Positions 50,420-60,619 of a stretch of DNA of 64,000 bases are shown here, in pieces; the first letter of the stretch is position 1, and every line of letters starts with the position of its first letter. A program made the translations under genes and the position numbers. The stretch is from Coxiellaceae bacterium (GTDB taxonomy: Bacteria; Pseudomonadota; Gammaproteobacteria; JAJRRL01), in NCBI GenBank assembly GCA_044359385.1, contig JBIKMG010000001.1, positions 13,363 to 77,362 on the forward strand. The letters are read 5' to 3'. The notes beneath the pieces were generated by a model. The model ran no database searches, was not told the origin of the DNA, and saw only the letters and a list, made by a program, of their open reading frames with translations.

Positions 50420-50827
50420 TTACGAGGCCTTGGGAACTAAAATAACCACACCTCTCCCTACCCATATGGCTTGAGATGCATCCACATAACCTGCCGTACT
50501 AAAGAGTTGTTGCTTCACGACTGCATTACCACCCATTGCTGCAGCGGCTTTTTTCATTTCATCCATTATCTGCTCGCGCTTTTCTGCAGAACCGATCGGA
50601 TCATGAAACTCAAAGGAAACATAACCTAGCTGTGGGTATGTTACCCAAGCAGGGGGATACAATAACCACTGTACATCGGTCTCTTTTTTTGGCGGATATG
50701 CGTGATACGTTAGACTTGGCAAGAACAATCCCTGCGGCTTATATACGGTACTCGGCACTGTGCAATAAACTAAAACCAACACAAATAGGCCTATAATACC
50801 TGCAACTGCACTTCTATTTTTAACCAT
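50420..50827 (-). CDS. Hypothetical membrane-anchored/secreted 135-aa protein
   Basis: N-terminal hydrophobic anchor (AVAGIIGLFVLVLVYC) and a C-terminal GGNAVV...IWVGRGVVILV segment. No confident family assignment. Confidence 0.4.
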   Translation of the reverse strand: MVKNRSAVAGIIGLFVLVLVYCTVPSTVYKPQGLFLPSLTYHAYPPKKETDVQWLLYPPAWVTYPQLGYVSFEFHDPIGSAEKREQIMDEMKKAAAAMGGNAVVKQQLFSTAGYVDASQAIWVGRGVVILVPKAS

Positions 50828-50836
50828 AACCGCTCC

Positions 50837-51643
50837 TTACTTGATATCCGTTTTTCTGGGTAATAAGTTAGAACCTATGCGATGCCAATCCACTGAAAAT
50901 GGACTCAGTCTGAAATTCATCCATACCACCATAGAACGTCCCAAAAATGCATTTTCTGGAACAAAACCCCAATCACGGCTGTCATCACTATTATCCCGGT
51001 TATCTCCCATCATAAAATAATGCCCGGCTGGAACAACCAAGTCTCTAAAATTATTGGCTGACATACCAGGACGAATCCAAATATTATGGGTATAACCTGC
51101 CAAATTTTCAGAATAAACCTTTACCTCAGTTGGAGAACCCTCTTTATCGACTGCGGTACCGAGGTATTTTTGCGTCTGTTTCTGGCCATTTATATAAAGA
51201 ACCTTATCCACATAACTCACTTTATCTCCTGGCATACCGATCACACGCTTTACAAATGTCACACTCGGATTGACAGGCCAACGAAATAAAGCAACTTCAC
51301 CAACCTTGGGTTTCCCAATTGGGATAAGCGTTACCCCCCATAACGGAAGCTTAATCCCATAATCATATTGATTCACAGCAATCAAATCGCCCGGCATAAT
51401 AGTGGGCTCAAGGGATCCAGTTGGAACCTTATAGTTTTGTACAATAAAAGAACGCAAGACTAAAACAATCAATAATACAGGAAAAAATGCGCGGGAATAA
51501 TCTATCAAAAATGGATATTTTACTTCCTTACCCGCAGCTTTTCTCTCTCTCCGATGTTTAGCGATGCGCAAAAAATCAACCAGTGTCACCACACCTGTCA
51601 AGAGCGTCAGAAGCGCTAATATATTCAGAAAATCAAAGATCAT
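50837..51643 (-). CDS. lepB: Signal peptidase I
   Basis: Start reassigned to MIFDFLNILALLTLLTG (AGGTGG upstream). Contains the SPase I boxes PTGSLEPTI (the catalytic Ser region, S-x-x-P-T), VKRVIGMPGD and GDNRDNSDDSR. Confidence 0.88.
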   Translation of the reverse strand: MIFDFLNILALLTLLTGVVTLVDFLRIAKHRRERKAAGKEVKYPFLIDYSRAFFPVLLIVLVLRSFIVQNYKVPTGSLEPTIMPGDLIAVNQYDYGIKLPLWGVTLIPIGKPKVGEVALFRWPVNPSVTFVKRVIGMPGDKVSYVDKVLYINGQKQTQKYLGTAVDKEGSPTEVKVYSENLAGYTHNIWIRPGMSANNFRDLVVPAGHYFMMGDNRDNSDDSRDWGFVPENAFLGRSMVVWMNFRLSPFSVDWHRIGSNLLPRKTDIK

Positions 51644-51827
51644 GTACCACCTACACTCGCTAAAGAATAGGGTCAACTTTACCATGATCATCGCACAGTG
51701 CCAACTTAACAATTTTCAGAAAACGAAATGTGAACTTATAAAAAATTTAACTTGAAAACAAGGTAACAATCTCTGCGCATTTTTATATTTTCAAGTGGCC
51801 TCTCTTGTCAAAACAAGAGAACAACTA

Positions 51828-53504
51828 TTACCCTAACTCGTACCCCGCCTTTAACTCACGGCGTAGTACTTTACCAACATTCGATTTAGGCAAATCGCTA
51901 ACAAGCACGATTTTTTTGGGGATCTTATAGGCTGCTAACCGTGTCCGGCAATAGGCCTTAATTTCTTCTTCTGTCATACTTCTATCATTCAACACCACAT
52001 AGGCAATCACGATTTCACCCGATTTGCTATCATCCACACCAATCACTGCAGCTTCTCTTATTTTTTCATTTTCATTTAAGACATCTTCAATCTCATTCGG
52101 ATATACGTTAAAGCCGGACACTAATATCATATCTTTTTTACGGTCAACGATATAAACATAACCCTGCTCATCCATACGTGCTATATCACCTGTTTTCAAC
52201 CAGCCTTCTTTATCCAGTACCTCCGCTGTTGCCTCTGGATTTTTCCAATAACCCAGCATCACCTGCGGACCACGCACATACATTTCACCGACTCTGCCTG
52301 GTGAAACAGCCATGCCATTCGAGTCTACAATTTTAACCTCCGTATTGGGTAATGGCAAACCAACACTACCATTAAAGTCCGTTGATGTAATGGGATTGGC
52401 TGTCACGACGGGTGAGGCTTCTGTTAAACCATAGGCATCTAAGATCGAAATTCCCGTCATTTTTTTCCACTCTTGCGCGACTACCAATTTAGTCGGCATT
52501 CCACCAGCAACAGTCAGTTTAAGTTTTGAAAAATTAGCGTACGGAAAATTTGATTGACTCAAAAGGGTCTGAAACAAGGTGTTTAGACCGACAACAACCG
52601 TCATCGGAACTTTATGCAATAACTGAATCAGTTTTTTAATGTCACGTGGATTGGGAACCAAGACCACTTGCGAACCAATCGACATAAAACACAAACCACA
52701 GACCATTAATGCATAAATGTGATACAGCGGTAACGCCCCTAAAACAACTTCCTGACCAACGGTTAATGTCGAACGTATCCACGTTAATAACTGCATCATG
52801 TTCGCCAACATATTTTTATTCGTAATCATGGCTCCCTTCGCAAGACCCGTTGTAGCACTGGTATATTGAAGCAAAATAACATCATCTGGCAAAAGAACAA
52901 CTGGCTTCAAAGTCAGATGCTTCCCTTGCTTTATTTTGTCACGCAATGACCTCACTCGAATTTTTTTGGGTAATGCTTTTATGCTCGATTTTTTCTGGAT
53001 GCGTGAAAACATATTTACCATACTAGACAATGGCCATGACATCATATCGCCCATGGATACAAGATAAACATACTGAACATTCAAGTGCATAGCGGACTTA
53101 ACAAACTCTTGCGAGCACAAGTCTAAAACAACCACTGCTTTTGCCTCTGCATCAGACAGTTGGTGCTGAATTTCACGCTCGGTGTACATGGGATTAACAT
53201 TGACGACTACTAACCCGATCCGAATTGCGGCGAAAAAAGAGATAGGATACTGCAAAATATTTGGTAGAATAAAGGCAACTTTATCCCCCTTGCGCAAACC
53301 ATCTGCCTGCCAAGCGGCGGCTAAGTAACGACTTTTTTCTTCTAATTTCTCAAAAGTTAAATCGCCCCCGACACCGGTGAATGCAATATTACCCGAAAAC
53401 TGCTTGCAATAACTTAACAACGATTCTGACAAGGTTTGAAACGTTTCGCAATTAACAGTGCCTGGAACACCAGGAGGATAACTATTCAACCAAATCTTAT
53501 CCAT
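51828..53504 (-). CDS. fadD: Long-chain-fatty-acid--CoA ligase
   Basis: 558 aa with the AMP-binding motif (YTSATTGLAKG) plus the FadD-type linker and C-terminal domain. Confidence 0.88.
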   Translation of the reverse strand: MDKIWLNSYPPGVPGTVNCETFQTLSESLLSYCKQFSGNIAFTGVGGDLTFEKLEEKSRYLAAAWQADGLRKGDKVAFILPNILQYPISFFAAIRIGLVVVNVNPMYTEREIQHQLSDAEAKAVVVLDLCSQEFVKSAMHLNVQYVYLVSMGDMMSWPLSSMVNMFSRIQKKSSIKALPKKIRVRSLRDKIKQGKHLTLKPVVLLPDDVILLQYTSATTGLAKGAMITNKNMLANMMQLLTWIRSTLTVGQEVVLGALPLYHIYALMVCGLCFMSIGSQVVLVPNPRDIKKLIQLLHKVPMTVVVGLNTLFQTLLSQSNFPYANFSKLKLTVAGGMPTKLVVAQEWKKMTGISILDAYGLTEASPVVTANPITSTDFNGSVGLPLPNTEVKIVDSNGMAVSPGRVGEMYVRGPQVMLGYWKNPEATAEVLDKEGWLKTGDIARMDEQGYVYIVDRKKDMILVSGFNVYPNEIEDVLNENEKIREAAVIGVDDSKSGEIVIAYVVLNDRSMTEEEIKAYCRTRLAAYKIPKKIVLVSDLPKSNVGKVLRRELKAGYELG

Positions 53505-53512
53505 CTAATCCC

Positions 53513-55945
53513 TCACTCTCTCTTTGTTAACTGACTATCGGTAAAATCATCGACATGAATTATACGCATTCGTCGTTCATCCATCGCAACCAGATCCTTT
53601 GCTTCCTGCTGCGTCAAGACTCCTTTCTGAACCGCATCTGCTGCCCAATCGATATAACAATGGCCTTTCACTTGATCCGCTTTAATCGCATTTTTCAATT
53701 TTTTCTCAAGCGGCGCTAAACTATGAACTTGTCGTAAAGTTTCATCAAACTCTCCAATCGGATTTTTAAGCGATGGTGACCGATATACAATATCAATCAA
53801 CTGATTCCTGACGGGTGAATCCATTTGGATCGCAGCTGCAATTTTTGCATCAGATCGATCGCTGGGCTTTCGTAGATCAACACCCCAAGGGAAAATCCAA
53901 AAATGCAACGAACCTGCTAAAAATTTATTCGGAAAATTATTCAAAAACGCGACTATATTTTTCTTGGTTTCTGAAATTAAAATCTGCATTGACCAATCCA
54001 CAAAGTCTTCAGCATCCAACTCGGGATGATTTTGCGAAAAATGCAATACACTCGATGCCGCATACAGATGCCCCACTACTGCACCCATACGCTCTGATAA
54101 GCGCTCCATACGCTTTAGTTTACCCCCTAAAACTACCATAGCCAGATCACTAAGCAAACCTAATGCGGCTGAATAACGACTTATTTTCTGCTTATAGCGC
54201 TTGTTTTTTCCTTTTGCACCTGCCGTTGAAACACCACGCGAACCTGTCAGCCCCAAGATAAAAGTTCGAACGATATTGCTAACTAAATAACCGCCATGCG
54301 CGAAAAATGCTTTATCAAAGGCACGAATAGATGCACGATTCGTGCCACAGCAACTTTCCATTTCATCATATAAATAAGGATGACAACGAATTAAGCCCTG
54401 CCCAAAGATAATCAATGAGCGCGTTAGAATATTCGCTCCCTCGACCGTAATACTAATTGGACTTTCAATATAGCTTTGTGCCAAATAATTATTCGGCCCC
54501 ATACAAATTGCTTTACCGCCATGGATATCCATCGCAGCCAGAATAACTTTTCGCCCCCACTCTGTGACGTAGGCTTTTGCAATAGCTGAAGCCACCGATG
54601 CCTGATATCCCTCATCCAAGTCAGATAAGACAAAAGTGCGAAGTGATTCCATCATAAAGGCATAACCACCCACTGTCGCTAAAGCCGCTTGAATTCCATC
54701 AAAAGCACCGATGGGGACACCAAATTGCTCACGAATTTGAGCATAAACACCACTTGTGAACACTCCTTTTTTTACACCACCCGTAGCCATCGAGGGGAGA
54801 GAAATTCCTCGCCCTGCTGCCAAACACTGCATTAACATAGTCCAGCCATGGCCGACCTGCTCTTGCCCACCAATCACCCAATCGATTGGAATAATGACGT
54901 CTTTCCCTTGTGTTGGTCCATTTGGAAATGCTGAGGTTAAGGGGAAATGACGACGACCTGTAATCACACCTTTGGTAGAAACCGGAATTAACGCACAAGT
55001 AATTCCTAAATCTGCCTGCTCACCGAGCAATTTATCTGGATCATACAACTTAAAGGCTAACCCAAGTAATGTTGCTATAGGACATAACGTGATATAACGT
55101 TTGGACCAATTGAGCCGAATACACAGTTGCTGCTTTCCCTCAACCTCAACATGGCAAACCACACCATAATCCTGCATGGAGCCAGCAGCATCTGATCCAG
55201 CATGTGGACTCGTTAATGCAAAACAGGGAATTTCTTTCCCTTTTGCTAAACGAGGCAAATAATAATTTTTTTGCTTTTCTGTTCCATAATGCAATAACAG
55301 TTCCGCTGGACCTAATGAATTGGGCACACTGATTACAGTTGCCACCGCAACACAAACTGTACCCACTTTCACAATAACTTGTGCATGGCCATAAGCAGAA
55401 AATTCCAGCCCCCCATAAGACTTAGGAATGATCATGCCAAAAAAACCATTCTTCTTTAGGAAATCCAAAACAGGTTCTGGTATCCCTCTATGTTCATGAG
55501 TAATTTCCCAATCAGATAGCATAGCGCAAAGCTCTTCTACGGGACCATCCATAAATGCTTGCTCCTCGACTGAGAGCTTACTCATCGGTTTTTTATTCAA
55601 CACAGTCCAATCTGGCCTACCCGAAAATAACTCTCCCTCCCAGCTGACATTTCCAGCGAGCAAGGCAGCTCGCTCGGTATTTGACATCGCAGGCATCACT
55701 TTGCGAAAAACAGTCATCATCGGCTTTGAAAACAAAATACAACGAAGGGGACGAATTTGCAGTAATGCTGAGAGCACAATAAATACTGACCAAAAAACTC
55801 CTCCTAAAACATAGGATGGCTCAAAGACTACGCTGAAAACTATCAACAAAACAAAATAAGAAATACCCCAAACAGACAAAGACGCTCGCTTAGTTGCCAA
55901 AATAATAAACGCAATCCCGAAAATGCCCAACCAAAGACAAATCAT
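53513..55945 (-). CDS. fadE: Acyl-CoA dehydrogenase FadE
   Basis: 810 aa with N-terminal TM helices and an ACAD core. Size and architecture match E. coli FadE (814 aa). Confidence 0.88.
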   Translation of the reverse strand: MICLWLGIFGIAFIILATKRASLSVWGISYFVLLIVFSVVFEPSYVLGGVFWSVFIVLSALLQIRPLRCILFSKPMMTVFRKVMPAMSNTERAALLAGNVSWEGELFSGRPDWTVLNKKPMSKLSVEEQAFMDGPVEELCAMLSDWEITHEHRGIPEPVLDFLKKNGFFGMIIPKSYGGLEFSAYGHAQVIVKVGTVCVAVATVISVPNSLGPAELLLHYGTEKQKNYYLPRLAKGKEIPCFALTSPHAGSDAAGSMQDYGVVCHVEVEGKQQLCIRLNWSKRYITLCPIATLLGLAFKLYDPDKLLGEQADLGITCALIPVSTKGVITGRRHFPLTSAFPNGPTQGKDVIIPIDWVIGGQEQVGHGWTMLMQCLAAGRGISLPSMATGGVKKGVFTSGVYAQIREQFGVPIGAFDGIQAALATVGGYAFMMESLRTFVLSDLDEGYQASVASAIAKAYVTEWGRKVILAAMDIHGGKAICMGPNNYLAQSYIESPISITVEGANILTRSLIIFGQGLIRCHPYLYDEMESCCGTNRASIRAFDKAFFAHGGYLVSNIVRTFILGLTGSRGVSTAGAKGKNKRYKQKISRYSAALGLLSDLAMVVLGGKLKRMERLSERMGAVVGHLYAASSVLHFSQNHPELDAEDFVDWSMQILISETKKNIVAFLNNFPNKFLAGSLHFWIFPWGVDLRKPSDRSDAKIAAAIQMDSPVRNQLIDIVYRSPSLKNPIGEFDETLRQVHSLAPLEKKLKNAIKADQVKGHCYIDWAADAVQKGVLTQQEAKDLVAMDERRMRIIHVDDFTDSQLTKRE

Positions 55946-55968
55946 AATCTTTCTCCCAGAAACAAAAC

Positions 55969-56568
55969 TCAGTAAACTCTGAATACTAGCATATAAAACA
56001 GAAGCGGGGTCAGTTGCATCAGGGCATTGTCATCTACCCAACGCCAATTGAATTTTTCAAAAAAAACTGCCAAAAAAGCACAAACAGTGCCAACTAGCAA
56101 AGAAGCTCCTAGAAAATAATGTGCTAGCAACCAAATAACCCATGCCACAATAAGACCACTGAAGAAAACAAGCATCGGTTTAAAGCCTTTTGCTCTAAGC
56201 TCACCCAATAAGGGATCCACCCAAGAGCAAACTGTAATTATTGGTATATAGTAAGCAGGATTGCGCGAAAAAATCAGAACCAAAGCGATCGAAATTACCC
56301 CCCAAAACAAAGAAGAAAGCTGATTCTGCTCATGCACTCTTTGGCCAAAAAAAACCCATCCTTGCCGAAGACGAATACACTCAAACAATGTTACCAAAGA
56401 CGCAACCAGGATAACGAGTTGACTGGGGCTTAGTCGAAACCAACTAGCTATTTGAAAGCCGTATAAAAAATAAACCCAGGGGGCTAAAAACATCAAGGCA
56501 TGAATCATTCGTCTCAAGCGGTGTCCAGCTGAACCACCACAAGTACTCTCCTTCCATGAAGTATTCAT
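55969..56568 (-). CDS. Polytopic inner-membrane protein of unassigned family
   Basis: 199 aa with about 6 predicted TM helices. Annotated as hypothetical. Confidence 0.4.
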   Translation of the reverse strand: MNTSWKESTCGGSAGHRLRRMIHALMFLAPWVYFLYGFQIASWFRLSPSQLVILVASLVTLFECIRLRQGWVFFGQRVHEQNQLSSLFWGVISIALVLIFSRNPAYYIPIITVCSWVDPLLGELRAKGFKPMLVFFSGLIVAWVIWLLAHYFLGASLLVGTVCAFLAVFFEKFNWRWVDDNALMQLTPLLFYMLVFRVY

Positions 56569-56659
56569 CTAGACATTCCCAGTGCACATAAAACAGCCGC
56601 CTTTAGCACAACGTTTCCAGACAATCCACTCTGATTGGCTGAGAGCTGAGAATAGCTAC

Positions 56660-57439
56660 TCACTTATCCTCTAAGGAGCGATACGCTTTCGAATCAGGAT
56701 AGTTTGCCTTTAAAATCGCATAACTTTCTTCTGCACGCTCAGGTAAATTTAACTGGCGATACGATTCCACTAACATAGCCAATGCATCTGGAACTTGTTT
56801 CGCTTCTTGCAAGTGAGAGACAATTTCTGAAGCACGATCTGCTGCGGCGACATACGCTTTAATAGAATAGTAATAACGCGCAACCCGCATACTGTGTTCA
56901 GCAATAAGGTTTCTAATATACGCCATACGCAATTCAGAGTCTTTGACATAAATGCTATCTGGATAATCTTGAACGACTGTTTTAAAGGAATCATAAGCCT
57001 GATACAAACGCTTAGAATCTCTATCTGCTGGACTGACATTGAATTTCTTTTGCAACCACGACTGCCCTTTAGAGAAACTAGCAACTCCACGCATATAATT
57101 AGCATAATCGGCACCCTTGGAACGAGGTTGCAAATGGAGATAGCGCTCAGCTGCGACTACAGTTGATGCGTCGTCACCATTCATATAGTAAGCATAAATC
57201 ACGTCCAGTCGAGCACGCTTCGCATATTTTCCGAAGGGATACAAGCCATCCAATGCCTCAAAATCTTTAACAGCCGTATCGTAGTTCTTCTTTTTCAACG
57301 AAGCCTGTGCTTTGGCGTATAACTCCACTGCGCTGTATTTTGCATATTTTTTATACGGGTCTTGCACATAGGGCCGTGAGCATCCAGCTATAAACAAAAG
57401 AGAATACAGGGCGATCAAGACAATTTTCTTCATATTCAT
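56660..57439 (-). CDS. bamD: Outer membrane protein assembly factor BamD (YfiO)
   Basis: Lipobox FIAGC after a signal peptide, TPR-like content (AxxDFExL, YAYY). It is divergent from rluD, as in E. coli. The start is set at an internal ATG, since the long ORF begins with TTG. Confidence 0.85.
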   Translation of the reverse strand: MNMKKIVLIALYSLLFIAGCSRPYVQDPYKKYAKYSAVELYAKAQASLKKKNYDTAVKDFEALDGLYPFGKYAKRARLDVIYAYYMNGDDASTVVAAERYLHLQPRSKGADYANYMRGVASFSKGQSWLQKKFNVSPADRDSKRLYQAYDSFKTVVQDYPDSIYVKDSELRMAYIRNLIAEHSMRVARYYYSIKAYVAAADRASEIVSHLQEAKQVPDALAMLVESYRQLNLPERAEESYAILKANYPDSKAYRSLEDK

Positions 57440-57529
57440 ATACACCATCGGTAAAACTAAGTTGGCATCGAGGCCGGGGCCCATTATAGTGGAACTTCGA
57501 CTCAAACAAAACAGAGAAACAACAATAAC

Positions 57530-58480
57530 ATGAACTTAACGAAAGAAATTACATTAGATGACCGCTTTACGCATATGCGGTTAGACCAGGCACTTGCTGA
57601 CTCATTTCCTGAGCATTCCCGCGCACAACTCCAAGTATTTATCAAATCAGGTCTCGTTTTAGTCAATGATTCGGTTGTTACAAAACAACGCCACCCCGTT
57701 AAAACTGGAGATATCATTTGCTTCACAGCGGTGTCAGAACCTACACATGATTGGCTCCCACAAGAGATTCCGATTAACATAATCTATGAAGACGATTCAA
57801 TTTTGATCGTTAACAAATCCTCTCCCATGACTGTACACCCTGGCTCCGGAGTATATGAGGGAACACTCGTTAACGCTTTACTTTACCACTGCCCTTCTTT
57901 AAAAACCTTACCTCGCGCCGGCCTCATTCATCGATTAGACAAGGAAACGACTGGGCTTTTAGTCGTTGCAAAAACTAAAAAAGCACATCTGAGTTTAACC
58001 GAGCAAATGAAGAAGCGATCTATCCAGCGAATGTATCAAGCTGTTGTACAAGGCCCCCTAATTTCTGGTGGCACAGTGGATGCACCGATTGCTCGTCACC
58101 CCATCGTTCGAACAAAAATGAGTGTGTCACAACAGGGGGGTCGAACAGCGATCACACATTATCGAATTCTAAAACGCTTTCGTTATCACACCCATTTACA
58201 GCTGCAACTAGAGACTGGCCGAACTCACCAAATTCGCGTACACATGCAACATATCCACTTCCCTATCGTAGGTGATCCCACTTATAGTCAACGAAAAATT
58301 CCGTACAACTGTAGCGAAGAGCTGCGTAATTTTTTAAACACATTTAGCCGACAAGCATTGCATGCCTTTGAGCTTGGTTTCATTCATCCAAAGACAGATG
58401 AGAAAATGTGTTTTAGAGCTGAGCTACCCGATGATTTCCAAAGCTTACTAACTGCCCTTGAGAACAATGAACATGAATAA
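57530..58480 (+). CDS. rluD: 23S rRNA pseudouridine synthase RluD
   Basis: 316 aa with an S4 domain and RluA-family catalytic motif (HRLDKETTGLLVVAK). Confidence 0.9.
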   Translation: MNLTKEITLDDRFTHMRLDQALADSFPEHSRAQLQVFIKSGLVLVNDSVVTKQRHPVKTGDIICFTAVSEPTHDWLPQEIPINIIYEDDSILIVNKSSPMTVHPGSGVYEGTLVNALLYHCPSLKTLPRAGLIHRLDKETTGLLVVAKTKKAHLSLTEQMKKRSIQRMYQAVVQGPLISGGTVDAPIARHPIVRTKMSVSQQGGRTAITHYRILKRFRYHTHLQLQLETGRTHQIRVHMQHIHFPIVGDPTYSQRKIPYNCSEELRNFLNTFSRQALHAFELGFIHPKTDEKMCFRAELPDDFQSLLTALENNEHE

Positions 58481-59141
58481 ATCTAATTACATTTTTCCAA
58501 ACTGGGATGCACCTAAAAAAATTCATGCACTAACGACAACCAAACGCATTCATCACGAAGAGATACAGACAGACTTAGGCTTAAAGCACCCACCTATTTG
58601 GTTGACACAAGTCCATGGCAATGATCTCTATCACATCACCACGACGGATGATTCAAAGCCAACTGCAGACGGTTGCTATACGACTAAGCCGCATTTAGCT
58701 TGCGCGATACGAACTGCTGACTGCCTACCCATTCTACTCACTAATCGATCCGGGAGTTTTGTTGCTGGACTACACTGCGGCTGGAAGGGACTGTATTTGG
58801 ACCTTATCTGCAAAACAGTTCAGATAGCTGACAAAAGCAGCCCTCTTATTGCCTGGATTGGACCAGGCATCAGTTTCAAAAATTATGAGGTGGATAATGT
58901 GTTTTTCGAACGCTTTTACACTAAAAACCATGCTTATAGCGATGCCTTCACATCCGTTGGACCTAAATATCTCGCCAATTTGCCAAAAATCGCTGCCTAT
59001 CAATTAAAAGAGGCAGGGATTCAAGCTATTTTTCAAAGTGGCATTTGCAGCTACGATCAATCCAATGACTGCCACTCTTTTCGCCGCGATGGCGAAGAAG
59101 CTGGGAGAATGACTACCTTAATCTGGATCGAACCACTATAA
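58458..59141 (+). CDS. pgeF: Peptidoglycan editing factor PgeF / YfiH (DUF152 purine nucleoside phosphorylase-like)
   Basis: 227 aa. It overlaps the rluD end (conserved rluD-yfiH pairing). Contains the IRTADCLPILL and HCGWKG motifs. Confidence 0.85.
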   Translation: MRTMNMNKSNYIFPNWDAPKKIHALTTTKRIHHEEIQTDLGLKHPPIWLTQVHGNDLYHITTTDDSKPTADGCYTTKPHLACAIRTADCLPILLTNRSGSFVAGLHCGWKGLYLDLICKTVQIADKSSPLIAWIGPGISFKNYEVDNVFFERFYTKNHAYSDAFTSVGPKYLANLPKIAAYQLKEAGIQAIFQSGICSYDQSNDCHSFRRDGEEAGRMTTLIWIEPL

Positions 59142-59178
59142 TAAGACATTCATTTTTCACAACCCCACGAGGCACACC

Positions 59179-60489
59179 GTGAAACAATCTTTACGATTCG
59201 TTCTTAGCTTACTAACCACTATTTTTTATACCGCTACGTTTGCCCAGCCTCAAACTGCGCTCTCGACCACTCAAATGCTAGCGATTGTCAAACCATCTAT
59301 TGTTAATATCACTGTTCTTGATAACCCCTCTGCACCACAAGATCTCAAAACACTACCTGACACTCCCCTAGCTAAGGTCGGCTCAGGTATAGTCATCGAA
59401 GGCACACATGGACTTATTGCCACCAACGCCCATGTCCTGAACAAGAGCGCAACGATTATCGTCACGCTGCAAAATGGAGAACGTTATCACGGCCGCATTA
59501 TTGGGATGGATAAATCCTATGATTTAGCTGTTATTGCAATCAACAATCAACACTTAAAACCTTTGCCTTTTGCTAATTCGGACCAAGCAAAAGTAGGTGC
59601 TACTGTTTATGCGATTGGCAGTCCTTTTGGTTTAGAGGAAACGGTTACATCCGGTGTTATTAGTGCAAAGAACAGAACACATGTTGGGGCGTCGAACTAT
59701 CAAAATTATATTCAAACCGATGCTCCCATTAATATGGGCAACTCAGGTGGTGCTCTCGTCGATACACAGGGGAATTTAATCGGAATTAACACTGCTATCA
59801 TTACACCCAACTCAGGTAGCATAGGAATTGGATTTGCCATTCCCAGTAACATAGCAAAAGCCGCTATTGAACAGCTTATAAAATATGGAAAGATTAAACA
59901 GGGGGTCCTTGGTGTCATTGTACAGATGGTCACGCATGATTTAGCGCGCGCCATGAATTTAAAAAATGCTAAAGGGGCTTTGATTACCGAGGTGGTTCCC
60001 GGTGGGCCTGGTGACAAAGCAGGTTTAAAACCAATGGACTTGGTAAAGACCGCAAACGACTGGACCATACATAGTGGTACAGATCTACATAACTTTATGG
60101 GTTTAACTGCACCTGGCTCAATTATTCATTTCACTGTTATGCGGAATCAGAAAACCATCCGTATTGACGCAATTTCTGGGGGCATGAAGTCTTTGCCTGA
60201 ACCAAAAACCGCAAAATTTTTAGCGGGACTCAGCTTAGAAGGCCTTACCATACTAGAACCAACTTCTGATCAAGTGCAATCTGGAGTAATGGTGTTAAAT
60301 GCAACTATCAATAGTGAAGCTGCCATGGCAGGTTTAATGCCCATGGACTTAATCGTTGCCGCCAATAATGAAAAAACCCCTGATTTGCAACACTTAATTC
60401 ATGCCGCCAATAAAGCGCGCGGTCAGTTATTAATTAAAGTCCATCGCAATGGACGAAATTTTTATTTGGTGATCAATCAAGCTAATTGA
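59179..60489 (+). CDS. Periplasmic serine endoprotease, DegQ/DegP (HtrA) family with two PDZ domains
   Basis: Signal peptide present. Catalytic triad context: NAHV, DLAVIAI, GNSGGAL. Two PDZ-like segments follow in the C-terminal half. Confidence 0.88.
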   Translation: MKQSLRFVLSLLTTIFYTATFAQPQTALSTTQMLAIVKPSIVNITVLDNPSAPQDLKTLPDTPLAKVGSGIVIEGTHGLIATNAHVLNKSATIIVTLQNGERYHGRIIGMDKSYDLAVIAINNQHLKPLPFANSDQAKVGATVYAIGSPFGLEETVTSGVISAKNRTHVGASNYQNYIQTDAPINMGNSGGALVDTQGNLIGINTAIITPNSGSIGIGFAIPSNIAKAAIEQLIKYGKIKQGVLGVIVQMVTHDLARAMNLKNAKGALITEVVPGGPGDKAGLKPMDLVKTANDWTIHSGTDLHNFMGLTAPGSIIHFTVMRNQKTIRIDAISGGMKSLPEPKTAKFLAGLSLEGLTILEPTSDQVQSGVMVLNATINSEAAMAGLMPMDLIVAANNEKTPDLQHLIHAANKARGQLLIKVHRNGRNFYLVINQAN

Positions 60490-60619
60490 TACTGCTTTTC
60501 GTTGCTGAGATAGTTAGGCTATCTCAAGAATACGATAAACTAACTGAAGTGAGCGGCCACCCGTCAGTATCTAAACGCGCATTGAATAAGGATTTTTATG
60601 TTAACCAGGAATAGCCACC

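Noticed and set aside
51644-51712. Upstream extension of lepB (MLSWHCAMIMVKL...)
   Set aside because: Signal peptidase I homology begins at MIFDFLN..., which has an AGGTGG ribosome-binding site. The extension would add a non-conserved segment.
60506-60526. Hairpin tgagatag-ttagg-ctatctca between convergent degQ-like and murA
   Set aside because: Perfect 8-bp stem but no adjacent U-run on either transcript. It is noted only as a possible structure.
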